A stretch of 64,000 nt of DNA from Bugula neritina. Its lineage: Eukaryota; Animalia; Bryozoa. A program made the position numbers and the translations under genes. The notes below the pieces were generated by a model. That model was not told the DNA's origin, did no database searches, and worked only from the letters and a program-made list of their open reading frames with translations. Positions 1 to 14,258 of this stretch are shown in pieces. The stretch spans positions 4,493,751-4,557,750 of the forward strand of contig OZ037773.1 of NCBI GenBank assembly GCA_964035545.1, written 5' to 3'. How positions within the stretch are numbered: position 1 is the stretch's first letter; every line of letters starts with the position of its first letter.

Positions 1-1500
1 GCATAATGCAACTTTTAGTGTTTAAGATCTTTTTTAAACATAATTATTCTGACAAAAAGTTACGTTAGGCTTGGCAAGTGATTTGAGACTTTTCTAATAA
101 ACTGAAACTCATCAGAACAGCTAAATACCCTTTATGCAGTTTATGTGATTCTATAAATAATAACAGGTATTAGGCATTGCCGTAATGTCAGGATTTTAAT
201 AGGTACATGACGCAGATATTTTTCTATAGAGAAAATCACGGAATATTGAAGTTGGCAATCTTAATTGAAATTAATTTTGATTAGCTATTTGCTAGTTTAG
301 GAGTATTACCAAATTCAGCGCAATTCTTCAAATTCTAAAATTTAACATATAGTATAAAATATGAAGAAACCTTTTGAAATATTAGCTAAAACTATTTATT
401 AGCAAATTAGCTGTATTTAACTTTAACCCAAATAAAGTTTTATAAATCGACTGTTAATTTGGATTCTTTGTGTATTATATAATAGATGACCAAGATATAA
501 TAACTACAATAGGTGTTATTTGAAATAAGGTAATATTTCGAGTTTCCTGGAAAATCAAAGAGATTAGCTTCAATATTTTAGTACATGATTTATTTAGCTG
601 AGCACCTATAGATGAAAGCTTGAATGGTACCTCATTAGTTTAACGTGCAGCCACATTGTTTATACGACTATAATTGTTTATTGTTGACACCATTCTAGTT
701 ATAAATCATTTGGGTGTACATCTGTAATTAATTGTTCAAAAGAGGTTATATTATTATAGTATGTTTTATTAAATTACATATCACATTAAAACACAGCACA
801 ATGAGTTACGTAACATTATAATTATTATTGGTTTATTAAAATATTACAATCGCATGATTGCTAAGAAAAATAATAATATATTGTTATTAGGACTTTTAGG
901 ATTAAGTTATTTTTATGCCATATGAAAACTTCATCTTTCATTTTGCAGTTTACACAATATTTTGAGTAAAGTATGATAGCTGTTTTCAAAGCACCTGATA
1001 GTAAGACAATATCTGGCAGTGAGTGATGAAAAGACCTGTACCTCCATGCCATGTAGCAGTTGGAAGATATTTCAGCCAATCACAAGCTCAATTTAGACTT
1101 TTCATTATGACAGCTTCGTTTGTTTCAACAATGTATTGCATTGGTTTACCAACAATGTATCGTAATGACTTTCCCAATTTTAGTGAGCTTGTTATAATTT
1201 ATTCTTAGTATTTTAGCAAATGACATTTCTTTACCAGACCACAATTTGCGTCACAATAAAGCAAAATAATTTGTCAAGAGTTGGATCAATCCCAATACTT
1301 GTTTCATATACATAGACAACTATGCTAATTTTTTGTATGGTGTAATGACCAACAGTTTCTTCACTGGTATTGGCTTCCAAATAATTGTAGCTCTAATATT
1401 TTTTGGTGATATGTGATAGTCAAATTTGTTGAAAATAAATTCTAGCTTAAAGGAAGACAAAATAAAATAGATATTTATTAATATAGTTAGTTCAAAAACA

Positions 1501-2188
<688 letters not shown>

Positions 2189-2565
2189 CACTCTGTGTGT
2201 ACAGCAGCTGTTTTAGAATTTGTCCCCTTGTCAGCACATAATAATGTTCAATGGCCACACCATAAGAATATAAAAAGTTTATGTTTCATGGCTTTAGCAA
2301 ATTAATTAATAAAATGTACAAATATTTGCGAAACCTTTACATACCCAAATAGTATTATTAATTATTCAGCACCAGTATGTTTCTTTCGACAATAAAAATA
2401 ATATAGTCTGGTCACAAACTTTAAAATCAATAACAGAAAATGTTTTCTATAAATAAAATATTTCGTAAGCAAATTACTCACTATTGCTTGCAGGTATGGA
2501 TATTTATTAGCCAATCATCTCAAAGCTACGAGATGTTTCAAGTTTGAATATTTTGCTTGAAATGG

Positions 2566-2646
2566 TATATAAAGGTTTTGAGATGCATTCTTACTACAAT
2601 ATTGGTAACTATTGGACTTTTGTTTAACACAGGTAGAGTATTACAG
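2566..2646 (+). promoter_or_regulatory. TATA box and putative non-coding exon 1 of copy 1
   Basis: TATATAAA 2566-2573, CCAAT 2511-2515, donor CAG|GTACGT at 2646/2647; matching acceptor tttgtttatag at 3705, 13 nt before ATG. The arrangement recurs in all 11 copies. Confidence 0.65.
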
Positions 2647-3718
2647 GTACGTTTAATTATTATAAACATATATTTATTAATAAAATATTCTACATGTATA
2701 TACAATTACAAATTTTGACAAAAGTTTAAATAATTCAATACTGCTTAATACAATATAATACGTTTGCTAAATTCTTTAACTAAGATAAAAAGCAATTATA
2801 TGATTGTCTACTCTTTTTACCAAAACATGAAAACTTTAGGCATCAAACTGATGAGAAGAATTTTTTTTCAAGTGGAAAAGAAAATACTCATAAATTCATT
2901 AACTTTTTTGATAAAAAAAAAAAAATATTTGCATAAAACAAATTTGTTTTAAAGTTTTGAAGAGCATTTGTTTTTTAAAAAATGTTTCAGAAAATCTGTA
3001 GCTAACAGTTAGGGTAATATAAACTTGTAGCAGAGTTTATAAGTTGAAACACCATTGCAGTGTTTAACTTTCTCTTATTCATATTTTGTATATGCTACCA
3101 GATATTACAGGACTTAAAAGTATTTGCAACTTAAAATAGTTTAAAAACCCAACAACCCTTAATCAAAATTTAGGTTTGTTTTGTGTCAACTTTTCAAATC
3201 AAATATCAAACATTCTATAACAAAATGCATAACAAATATATTAGTGAGCATGAATTCTATTTACCTTAGCAATTTTAATACTGTCAATTTATCGATATTC
3301 TTTTTGCTAATTGTGCTATTGAAATTTTGATAATTTTGCAAAGGATTGAATACAATATATTATGGTAAACCTTATACACACTAAAAACTGCAAAAGGTAA
3401 AATTTTTAAGTTTCCATAACATGCATTGATATTTACATATATACCTTAATAAAAACAACCTAACAATCCATGTTATCAACCTGCATTTACCAATAAGTAT
3501 TTCACCATTTTGCCTACAAAATGATAAGTCTTATAAATTAATAGTATATTGTTTTTTACAAGCAGTTGCAAGTGAATGCTGCTGTCATGTTATTACAAGT
3601 TCTTTTTAGGTATCTTAAATAATGCATTTTCTATTTGGATAATTGTTGTGTTTTAAAACTATGTCACTCAATGGAGCTGCATCATAATATTTCATTTGTT
3701 TATAGAGACAACATCAAT

Positions 3719-4183
3719 ATGAAGGTCATTGCTGTGTTTGTGATTGCCATGCTAGTCATCATGGCACTGGGTAAGTGAAATGTTTATTGGGTGCTGTGTG
3801 AGCGAAAAACACAAGTTTTGTATAAATATTAAAATATAACTAAAATATTATTATAACTCAAATGTCTTCAAAGTTGAAGTCTTATTCCTTCGCTTATAAA
3901 TTTTTTGTTTACATATTGTAATTCATTTATATTTGTTGCATTGATGCGGTTGCATATAAATTAACCTTATACAAAGAGTACAATAAAAAATATTATGAAA
4001 GCAGTGTAAAGTGTTAGAGTTACGTTACCTTGTTATTGATTTTCAATAGCTTCAGTGGCGGAGGCTAGCTATGGTTGCCCTAAATATCCAAGTAAATGCA
4101 AGAAGTACTGTAAAGGAAAAGGATATTCTTCATATAAGTGTTCTGGTTCCTCTTGTAAATGCCTCAAATATCATGGGAAGTAA
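3719..4183 (+). CDS. CSalpha/beta defensin-like secreted peptide, copy 1 (exons 3719-3770, 4050-4183; 61 aa)
   Basis: Manual splice: ...GCACTGG|gtaagt ... tttcaatag|CTTCAGTG. Protein MKVIAVFVIAMLVIMALASVAEA-SYGCPKYPSKCKKYCKGKGYSSYKCSGSSCKCLKYHGK*. Hydrophobic signal ending AEA; C-x6-C-x3-C-x9-C-x4-C-x-C; AATAAA at 4360-4365. Confidence 0.9.
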
Positions 4184-5319
4184 AGTCAACTTTCTCAGCT
4201 GTTAACCTTTGACCTGGACATGACCTTCACAGATTTTCACCCTGCAGCTGATCCTGTTTTAAAGCTCTGTAATTTAATTAGGTTTGAATTTCTGAAATTG
4301 TTGTGTTTTAATAATTCTGAATATGTCATACATATAATTATATGTAACTACTAAGTCCGAATAAAACAAAAGCTTTTGAGATATAACCAAATGTTTTGTT
4401 TTAAAAAAGCATGTAGAATTTTATACAACCTAAAGTAATTATGTTTCTCATTATCATTTTCGCTCTGAAACCTTTACATATATTTCATCCTAAAGTGTTA
4501 CAGTTGCATTTTTTTTAACACACCATGTACCTAATACAAACGAAATGAGTATTTCATTCTTGCCAAAAAACTTGTAGAGAATCTTTGGATTATGTTATGG
4601 TTTTATAAATGAAGAAAAAGTGAATACTGTATATTCATGTAAGCTTAATGGATAAAAGACAATTATAAAGTAATGCGCCAGTTATTGTGATTAACTTGCT
4701 ATAGTGATTGGTATAACTCAAGCTCCTCATGATTTAATTATACGAGTGGTAAAATGTTCACAACTATTGCATTATCTAGCATGATAGAATGCGCTTAATA
4801 TGTCAAATAATGAAGGTTTGTTAAGATAAGTTTTAATTATTTTTTGAAGCCAATTATTACAAGTACTCACTAGACACTGCATGATTGATGCTAGTAGACT
4901 CATTATCATCAGGGATTGCCAAGATTTACTAATCATTGATTACAGTTAATAAAAAATCTATTGTATTGTAATTGATGCACCTTCTCACTTGAATATCACA
5001 ATACAATAGCTGGATGACAAAGTCAATACCATGCATAATTCAGGGACTATATAATATCTTGCAAATTATTTAAACAATTAATTTTAGATGTAGTTTATGC
5101 AAAATACCAGCCGCTTGAAATTGCTGCTGCAAAAATTGCACCTGTAAATAAAATATAAGTTTTCATATTTAATTGGTAAAAAAACTTATATTATATGTCT
5201 AAAAGAGTTACCATGTTGCGGCTTCTATGTACTCATACAGTTGCTTAGAAGTTTTTTCACTAGATAATAAATTGATCATTTTAAATTATCTAAACTCATA
5301 ATACAGAGCTCAAAGTTGC

Positions 5320-6044
5320 TGTTACTGGCCCCGTATGAATTAAACCAGGATTTCCAAACGCAGAAGTTTATTGGTTATACTTGTTGGTAAACTTGCTGAT
5401 AAATTCTTTGATAAACTTGCTGATAAATTATCTGATAAACTTGCTGATAAACTTGCTGATAAATTCTAAATAAGAAAGGCAAAAGTTATATAAATGATTG
5501 CATGCATATAAATGTGGTTACAAATATTAAAGTAATGCTCACAAAAACCATAAAGTAAATTTATTATAAAATAATATTTCAGATAATAATATGAATAAAA
5601 GTAACTAACCTCTTGGATCCTTCATAAACAGTGCCAGTAAATAATATATTGTCAAACCAGTAGATAAATAAAATAGTAATTACAGTTTTGTTAAAGAGTG
5701 CTGCCAACTGATTGTATTAAGTTTGTAAAGTGTTTATATACTCTGGTTGTTGTTACTGTACCAGGCAAAAACATAATGCATAAACAACTATTGTCCCTAA
5801 AAAATACCACGATGATTGTGTCCCAAAACATAGTAAAAATTCACTGGGTAGCCTCAGGGTACCAACCCAGCCCGTACAGGTAGGGCAAGAATGACAGCCA
5901 CCCCAACCACAATGACCTGACCACAAATCTAATAGTCAGCACAAGGCAGATGAGTAATGCCTGCTGACGTATGTCACCTAAACATAAATAGGAAGTTAAT
6001 GGGGTCAATAGTTATTTATAGTGGGCAACACACAACCAGTTACA
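5320..6044. mobile_element. Solo LTR (725 bp) with 5-bp TSD GTTGC
   Basis: Termini TGTTACTGG...CCAGTTACA; GTTGC at 5315-5319 and 6045-6049. Paralogous flanks near 49020 and 60210 lack the insert (single GTTGC at the 49020 site). Confidence 0.8.
5377..5467. repeat. 12-bp tandem minisatellite (AAACTTGCTGAT-like, ~7.5 units) inside solo LTR
   Basis: Directly visible 12-nt period. Confidence 0.85.
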
Positions 6045-8217
6045 GTTGCGGGTCACTGTAAAAACACCCGATGATTTAAGGGTTTTTAATTTAAGGCTAA
6101 GGACAGCGCCTTTTACCAAACCTCACAACATGGCCTTGAGGCTTCTTTTAAGCCACATGAGTAAATTGGGTCATTTATATGTGACTAAGATTGATCTGTG
6201 TCACACTAATCATTCTCTCTAAACATTGCTTTCACTTCAAAACTAATTTGTGTTGTTCAACTACCTATATATAATAACCAACTTGTTAATTCTCTTTTTA
6301 GCACATTGTATAGTACCACATACCTTTCAGTCTTTATGTTTCATGTTGCATTTTGTTGTCAAGTTAACAAGACTAAAATTCCACAGTTAAGCAACATAGA
6401 TTGTATATCATAATTTACAAATAGAAATGCCTGCATTCTCAAAAGTTCAGCTTAATTTGCATACTTGTATTACTTGTTTACAATGCAGAAGAAAAACACT
6501 ATGATACAAACATAAAATAACTTTGATTTAACATATTTGTTGAGAGTGCAACATTTCCAATATAGGTTTTCATAACTAACAGCCGATTCTGCAAAATTTC
6601 GAATTTAAATTGTACTCAATTTGGTGCGCCTAAACTGTTCAAACATATAATGTTGAAAATTTGGTACGTGTTGGAAAATCCTTTTTCCCAGTTCGAGCTT
6701 ATAAGAAAAAAAACTGATGAAGAAATTGAACGCTTTGGTTAAACGCATGCATATATTATATATATTATATTACATTATACTATGGTACGCTAGCTGTTTG
6801 ATGATAGATCATATAAGCTAATAATTTATTACTCTTGCTACCAATTTTATTTACTTTTTGTTCTTATATGCAATTTATATTTCAATAGTTGTGTCAATTG
6901 CATATAGGTATTTAGATAATATAAGCATTTCCAAGGTTTTGCATGATGAAAAATCATGTGAGATTATTTATAGAAGCGGATTGTGTTTAGATTTATTATT
7001 TTTTTATGCGTTGTAATATGCTGTAAACAGCAATAGAGGAAATGGTAGCATAGCATGATCACTTGACAGATTCAGAAACAATCCTGTGTAAACCATTTTT
7101 AATATCAAATTTGCATAATGCTTAGTCAACTGATCAAAAAAATTTAGAACATAAGAGACGCCAAACAATTTATCACTCAACTGAAACACCTGGATGTTGT
7201 TTCTCCAACCACCTGTAATCAAAAGGTGTTATAGATCTCTTGTCTGTCAAATTCCTATCATAATATTACTTAATGCTTACTGAATTTATTAACCATAAAT
7301 ACGTGTGCATATAATAATACATACTTTCATTTATTCTATGAGTCAGCAATAATGGTTAAATGGTTACATTGAGTGACTTTTAGTGCTTAAGATCTTTTTA
7401 AACCTAATGATTCCGACAAAAAGTTATGTTGGGCTTGGCCAAATAATTTGAAATAATTATTTAAACCTATATAGTTGATTACCAATTTATTTAATCTAAA
7501 TGCAGTCAATTACCAATTTATTTAATACAAATGCTATGAGAATTTTATCTTTCATTTTGCAGTTTACACAATATGCTGAGTAGTATATATAACAGCTGTT
7601 TTTAAAGCACCTGCAAGTGTGGCAACATTTGGCAGTGAGTGATGAAAAGACCTGCACCTCCATATGCCATTGAGCAGTTTGAAAATTTTTCAGCCAATCA
7701 CAAGCTCAATTTAGACTTTTTATTCTGACAGCTTCGTTTGTTTCAACAATGTATTGCATTGGTTTACCAACAATGTATCGTAATGGCTTCCCAATTTTAG
7801 TGAGCTTGTTATAATTTATGTTTAGTATTTTAGCAAATGACATTTCTTTACCAGACCACAATTTGAGTCACAATAAAACAAGATAATTTGTCAAGAGTTG
7901 GATCAATCCCAAAACTTGTTTTATACACATAGGCAATTATGCTAATTTTTTGTATGTTGCAATGACCAACAGTTTCTTCACTGGTATTGGCTTCCAAATA
8001 ATTGTAGCTCTAATATTTTTTGGTGATATGTTATAGTCAAATTTGTTGAAAATAAATTCTAGCTTAAAGGAAGACAAAATAAAATAGATAGTTATCAATA
8101 TAGTTAGTTCAAAAACATAAAATTTTCATAGGTGGCTTGCATGATGTAGTGTATAATAGATTTTTGAGCAGCTAAACAGCAAAATGATGCAGTGCATTAT
8201 AAGATATAGTATAATTA

Positions 8218-8512
<295 letters not shown>

Positions 8513-8889
8513 CTCTGTGTGTACAGCAGCTGTTTTAGAATTTGTCCCCTCGTCAGCACATAATAATGTTCAATGGCCACACCGTAAGAATAAAAAAAAA
8601 ACTAATGTTTCATGGTTTTAGCAAATTCAATAATCAAATGTACAAATATTTGGGAAACCTTTGCATACCCAAATAGTATTATTAATTATTCAGCGCCAGT
8701 ATGTTTCCTTCAACAATAAGAATAATATAGTCTGATCACAAACCTTAAAATCAATAACAGAAAATGTTTTCTATAAATAAAATATTTCGTAAACAAATTA
8801 CTCACTATTGCTTGCAGATATGGATATTTATTAGCCAATCATCTCAAAGCTACGCAATGTTTCAAGTTTTAGTATTTCGCTTGAAATGG

Positions 8890-8959
8890 TATATAAAGGC
8901 TTTGAGATGCATTCTTATTACAATACTGTTTACTATCTCACTTTTGTAAAGTATTACAG
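8890..8959 (+). promoter_or_regulatory. TATA box and putative non-coding exon 1 of copy 2
   Basis: TATATAAA to CAG|GTACGT, 70 bp; AGCCAATC upstream. Confidence 0.6.
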
Positions 8960-10026
8960 GTACGTTTAATTATTATAAACATATATTTATTAATAAAATC
9001 TTTTACATGTATATACAATTACCAATTTTGACAAAAGTTTAAACAATTCAATACTGCTTAATACAATGTAATACATTTGCTAAATTCTTTAACAAAGATA
9101 AAAAGCAATTGTGTGACTGTCTATACTCTTTTTACGAAAACATGAAAACTTTAGGCATCAAACTAATTGAAAGAATGTTCTTCAAGTAGAAAAGAAAATA
9201 CTCATGAAATTACTAGATTTTTTAATAATATAAAAAAAATTTGCATAAAACATACAGTTTTAGAAAGCATTTGTTTTAAAAAATGTTTCAGAAAAACTGT
9301 AGCTAACAGTTAGAGTAATTTACATTTGTAGCATTGCCTATAAGTTGAAACACCATTGCAGTGTTTAACGTTTTCTTGGCCATATTACGTATATGCTATC
9401 AGATATTACAGAACTCAAAAGATTTTACAATTTAAAATAGTTTAAAAACCCAACAACCCTTAAACGAAATTAGGTTTGTTTTGTGTCAACTTTTTAAATC
9501 AAATATCAAACATTCTACAGAAAATAAATGCATAACAAATAACAGTGAGCATGCATTTTACTTACCTAAGCAATTTTAGTACTGCCAATTAATCATTACT
9601 CCTTCTGCTAATTGTGCCATTAAAATTTTGATAATTTTTGCAAAGAATTGAATACAATATATTATGTTAAATCTTATACACAATAAAAATTGCAAAAGGT
9701 AAAGTTTTTAAATTTCCATGACATGCATTGATACTTACATATGTACCTTAAAAAAAAATAACCTAACAATCCATGTTATCAACCTGCATAGTATACCAAT
9801 AAGTATTTTACTATTTCACCTACTAAATGATAAGTCTTATAAATTATTAGTATATATTTTGTTTTACAAGCAGTTACAAGTGAATGCTGCTGTCATGTTG
9901 TTACAAGGTCTTTTTAAGTATCTCAAATAATGCATTTTCCATTTGCATAACTGTTGTGTTTTAAAACTATGTCACCCAATGGAGCTGCATCACAATATTT
10001 CATTTGTTTATAGAATCAGCATCAAT

Positions 10027-10491
10027 ATGAAGGTCGTTGCTGTGTTTGTGATTGCCATGATAGTCATCATGGCATTGGGTAAGTAAAATGTTTATTGGGT
10101 GTTGTGTAAGCGAAAAACACAAGTTTTGTATAAATATTAAAATATAATTAAAATGTTATTTAACTCAAATGTCTTCAAGGTTTAAGTCCTATTCCTTACT
10201 TTATAAATTTTTTGTTTACATATTATAATTCATTTCTATTTGTTGCACTGATGCGGTTGCATATAAATTAGCGTTATACAGAAAGTACAATATATAATAT
10301 CATAAAAGCAGTGTAAAAATATTGGAGTTACCTTACCATGTTATTAATTTTCAATAGCTTCAGTAGCGGAGGCTAGCCATGGTTGCCCCAAAGATCCAAG
10401 TAAATGCAAGAACTACTGTAAAGGAAAAAAAACTCTTACATATCGGTGTGTTGGTTCTGCGTGTAGATGCGTCACATATCATGGGAAGTAA
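10027..10491 (+). CDS. CSalpha/beta defensin-like peptide, copy 2, divergent paralog (exons 10027-10078, 10358-10491)
   Basis: MKVVAVFVIAMIVIMALASVAEA-SHGCPKDPSKCKNYCKGKKTLTYRCVGSACRCVTYHGK*. Six Cys, length and GT-AG sites conserved. Confidence 0.88.
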
Positions 10492-13400
10492 AGTCAATTT
10501 TCTCAGCTGTTAACGCTCGATCTGGACTTGACCTTCATGGAATTTCACCCTGCTAATTCTGTTTTAAAGCATTGCAATTTAAAAAGTTTGAAGTTCTGAA
10601 ATAATTGTGTTGTAATCACTCTGAATGTTTTATGTAAATGTATATGTAACTACTGAATCCTAATAAAACAGATGTTTTCGAGATATAGCCAAATGTTTTG
10701 TTTTAAGCAGGCATGTATTGCAGTTTTATACAACCTAAAATAATTATGCTTCTCATTATCATTTTGGCTCTAAAATCTCTACATATAGTTGAAAATATTT
10801 CATTTTAAAGTTTTGCACTTGCAATTTATTTGTAATACACCAGCTTGATTGTTGCTGATACAGTGGACAACATCTCACTAAACTATTACATGCACGTGTT
10901 GAAATAAAATATTACAGAAAACTTTGTTGAACATTACCAATTTGTGATTTCTGTATAAATGCTTTAACTAAAACACATTAGAAATATACAAACTTGAATA
11001 ATGGGGAGATAAATCTGTCTTCCATCCAGTGGTGTACACTAGATAAATTAGCTACATGATAATAGCTTAAAGTTGTCTTTCCCTACTTCAAAAGATGCAG
11101 TGCAAATTTTTATGTAAGATGGATAAAAAACTTGAAGTAATGCTCCAGTTATTTTGATTAACTTGCTAAAGTGATTGATGTCACTCTTACTTCTCATGCT
11201 TTAACTAAGAGTGGTATAATGTTCACAACTATTGCATTCTCTAGCGTGATAAAATGCGCTTAACATGTCAAATAATAAAGGTTTGTGTAGAAATGATTTT
11301 TAATTATTTTTTGAAGCCATTATAACAAGTAGTCACTGAATACTTCATGATTTATAGGTATTTAAATTATAATTATTTAGAGCTTCAGCGTTTCTTTTTT
11401 GTATTGCTAATAAGCATTAATAAAAACAAAATGAGTTTTTTGTTCCAGCCAAAAAGCTTGTTGAAAATCTTTCGATTATAATATTATGATTTTACATGAG
11501 AAAAATGAAAACACTGTATATTTATTTTCTATCTGTCTGCAACTTTCTTACAAGTAGCAGACTAATTTTATAGGAGAATAAAACACAACAATCTTTAGTG
11601 TTGCTGAAGCTTTAGCATAATGATATTTAAAATTAGTAATTTTCTAACCACTTGAGTATTATTAAATTCAAATTCTATATAATTTATGAACAACTAAAAA
11701 CTGGTAGCTTTCAGATCATATAAACCACATCATATAAACTGAACTTTATATTCACTTGTATATTAAATGGTGGTGTGTCGGTTGTTACTAGTGACTGGGG
11801 AGTAGTAATTGTATCTCTCGAAAAGCATACAGTCATCCAATAGAATGGAATAAGCTTGCTTTATATGGATATTAAAAAAGTCATTTTTACAGTCATTTTC
11901 GGTTGTAAAAATGAATTTTAATCTGTATTGTTATAGGTGCCTTATATATTGTCAATCATAATTAGGCTATATAAGGTGATCATGTTCCATGCAGCTGAAT
12001 TATACAAGTTTTTTTCAACAAATATGAAATGCATATAAATAGAAATTATAGATACAGCATGAATCTTTTTTCTGACACCTATAAAAAGAACAAACTAAAG
12101 TCTGGCCCATCTTTTCATGGAGCTTAAATTAGATGATTTGTTCATAAAGCCAATAGACCACAATGAGAAAACATTTTATTTGTATCACAATAATTAGGAA
12201 GCACAAAGTACATATTACATGATATATATTATATGAAAAGATTTAATAAAAGTGCACAAATATATAGATATTTACTGTTTATAGCTGGTTAAACAGCACT
12301 TTATATACCATATTTTTATTGCTATAATTAGTTTCTAGCAATAGCTAGTCAATTAATTGTTAGCCTTCAAGTGTTTTACAAAATTTTAGCTTGAAGTTTT
12401 TTCAGATAAAAAAGAATTCAAATTAAAATCAACATAAATTAAAATATAAAATTAGTTGCATGTTGATAGAAATTAATACTAATTATAGCAAACACAATAT
12501 CATAATAAAAAAGTAAAGCGAAAGACAAGAGTTTATTTCAGTTATTCTGTATCAGGAGTTGGCAGCAAGAAGCAGTCAAATCTGTGACCTAATCAACACA
12601 CTAAATATTTGTTGTAGATTAACTCGATTTGCAGTTGTTTTTGGCAGCTATAAAATATGCAGTTATGGCCATAACTATACATCAATTTTTTATGAAATTT
12701 ATTAATGGAATGCGACAGAATAATTATAGGGTTTACGTGCATCCACCGAAAACCCATTGAAATAAATTATACAATGTGCTTTACATGGACAGGGCTTTTT
12801 AACAATTACCAGTTCTGGGTATGACTAATAAGCTGCACTTTTTTACAAATATTTAAAGCACACAAATAAAACAGACAATAAATTGTGAGTTTAGGTGCAA
12901 ACCATTTTCAAATTGTGTGAGATGTGTTTCTTACACTGAAATATACACTTCATATAATTGACTGAAGCATTTGTGTGCAGGTGAAAAAGTTGTTGATCTA
13001 TGTATATTCAAAGATATAATTATTATTGGCTTAATTGTTCAGAGTTACAAGTTTCTATAAAACGCGTTAAATTTATTATGCTCTTGATTTAAGCTTCAAT
13101 TCTAAGTAAGCTATAAGGCATGCAGGCTCGGCAAGAGAGATTGTCAAATTTACAACCAAAATAACTATGTGGTATCAAATACAAGCTATAATCAATAGAA
13201 TAAATAAATGTAAATCAATAAACCCTGGATGGAAGACAGATTTTCCTCCCCATTATTCTAGTTTTTTATATTTCTATAATGTGTTTTAGTTAAAGCATTT
13301 ATACAGAAATCACAAATTGGTAATGTTAAACAAATTTTTCTGTAATATTTTATTTTATTGCATGTAATAGTTTAGTGAGGTGTTGTCCACTGTATCAGCA

Positions 13401-13760
13401 ACAATCAAGCTGGTGTATTACAAAATATTGCAAGTGCAAAACTTTAGAATGAAATATTTTCAACTATATGTTGAGATTTCAGAGCAAGAATGATAATGAG
13501 AAGCATGATTATTTTAGGTTGTATAAAACTCCCATACATGCCTGATTAAAACAAAACATTTAGCTATATCTCAAAAGCATGTGTTTTATTAGGATTCAGT
13601 AGTTACAGATAAATATACATAAAGCATTCAGAGTGATTAAAACAAAATTATTTCAGAGCTTCAAAGTTTTCAAGTTACAAGGCTTTAAAACAGAATTAGA
13701 GGAGTGAAAATCTATGTAAGTGGTGTCCAGGTCAAAGGTTAACAGCTGAGAAAGTTGACT

Positions 13761-14258
13761 TTATTTCCCATGATATTTGAGGCATTTACAAGAAGAACCA
13801 GAACACTTATATGAAGAATATCCTTTTCCTTTACAGTACTTCTTGCATTTACTTGGATATTTGGGGCAACCATAGCTAGCCTCCGCCACTGAAGCTATTG
13901 GAAATTTATAACATGGTAAGTTAACTCCAATATTTTTACACTGCTTTTATAATATTATGTATCATACGTTCTGTATAAGGCTAATTTATATGCCACAGCA
14001 TCAGTGCAACAAATAGAAATGAATTACAACATGTAAACAAATAATTTATAGAGTAAGGAATATAAAACTTAAACCTTGAAGATATTTGATTTATATAATA
14101 TTCTAATAACACTTTGATATTTATACAAAACTTTGGTTTTCTACTTTGGATGTAATTCAATAAAGTGTTTTTCGCTCACACAACACCCAATAAACATTTC
14201 ACTTACCCAGTGCCATGATGACTAGCATGGCAATCACAAACACAGCAATGACCTTCAT
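13761..14258 (-). CDS. CSalpha/beta defensin-like peptide, copy 3 (exons 14258-14207, 13894-13761)
   Basis: Reverse-strand copy; mature peptide identical to copy 1 (synonymous changes only). Confidence 0.9.

Noticed and set aside
4050-4058. Alternative in-frame acceptor (CTTCAG) 6 nt downstream
   Set aside because: It would only shorten the signal peptide by two residues; cannot be evaluated without transcripts.
3719-4183. Assignment to a named peptide (hydramacin/macin, MGD/myticin, big defensin) or to a species
   Set aside because: Cys number and length do not fit those families, and no diagnostic taxonomic marker is present.
5377-5467. CRISPR-like array or coding repeat exon
   Set aside because: Contiguous 12-bp tandem repeat with no spacers, inside a solo LTR.
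8651-8662. NF-kB site (GGGAAACCTT) in the promoter
   Set aside because: Imperfect match, absent from inner copies and altered in copies 1 and 11.
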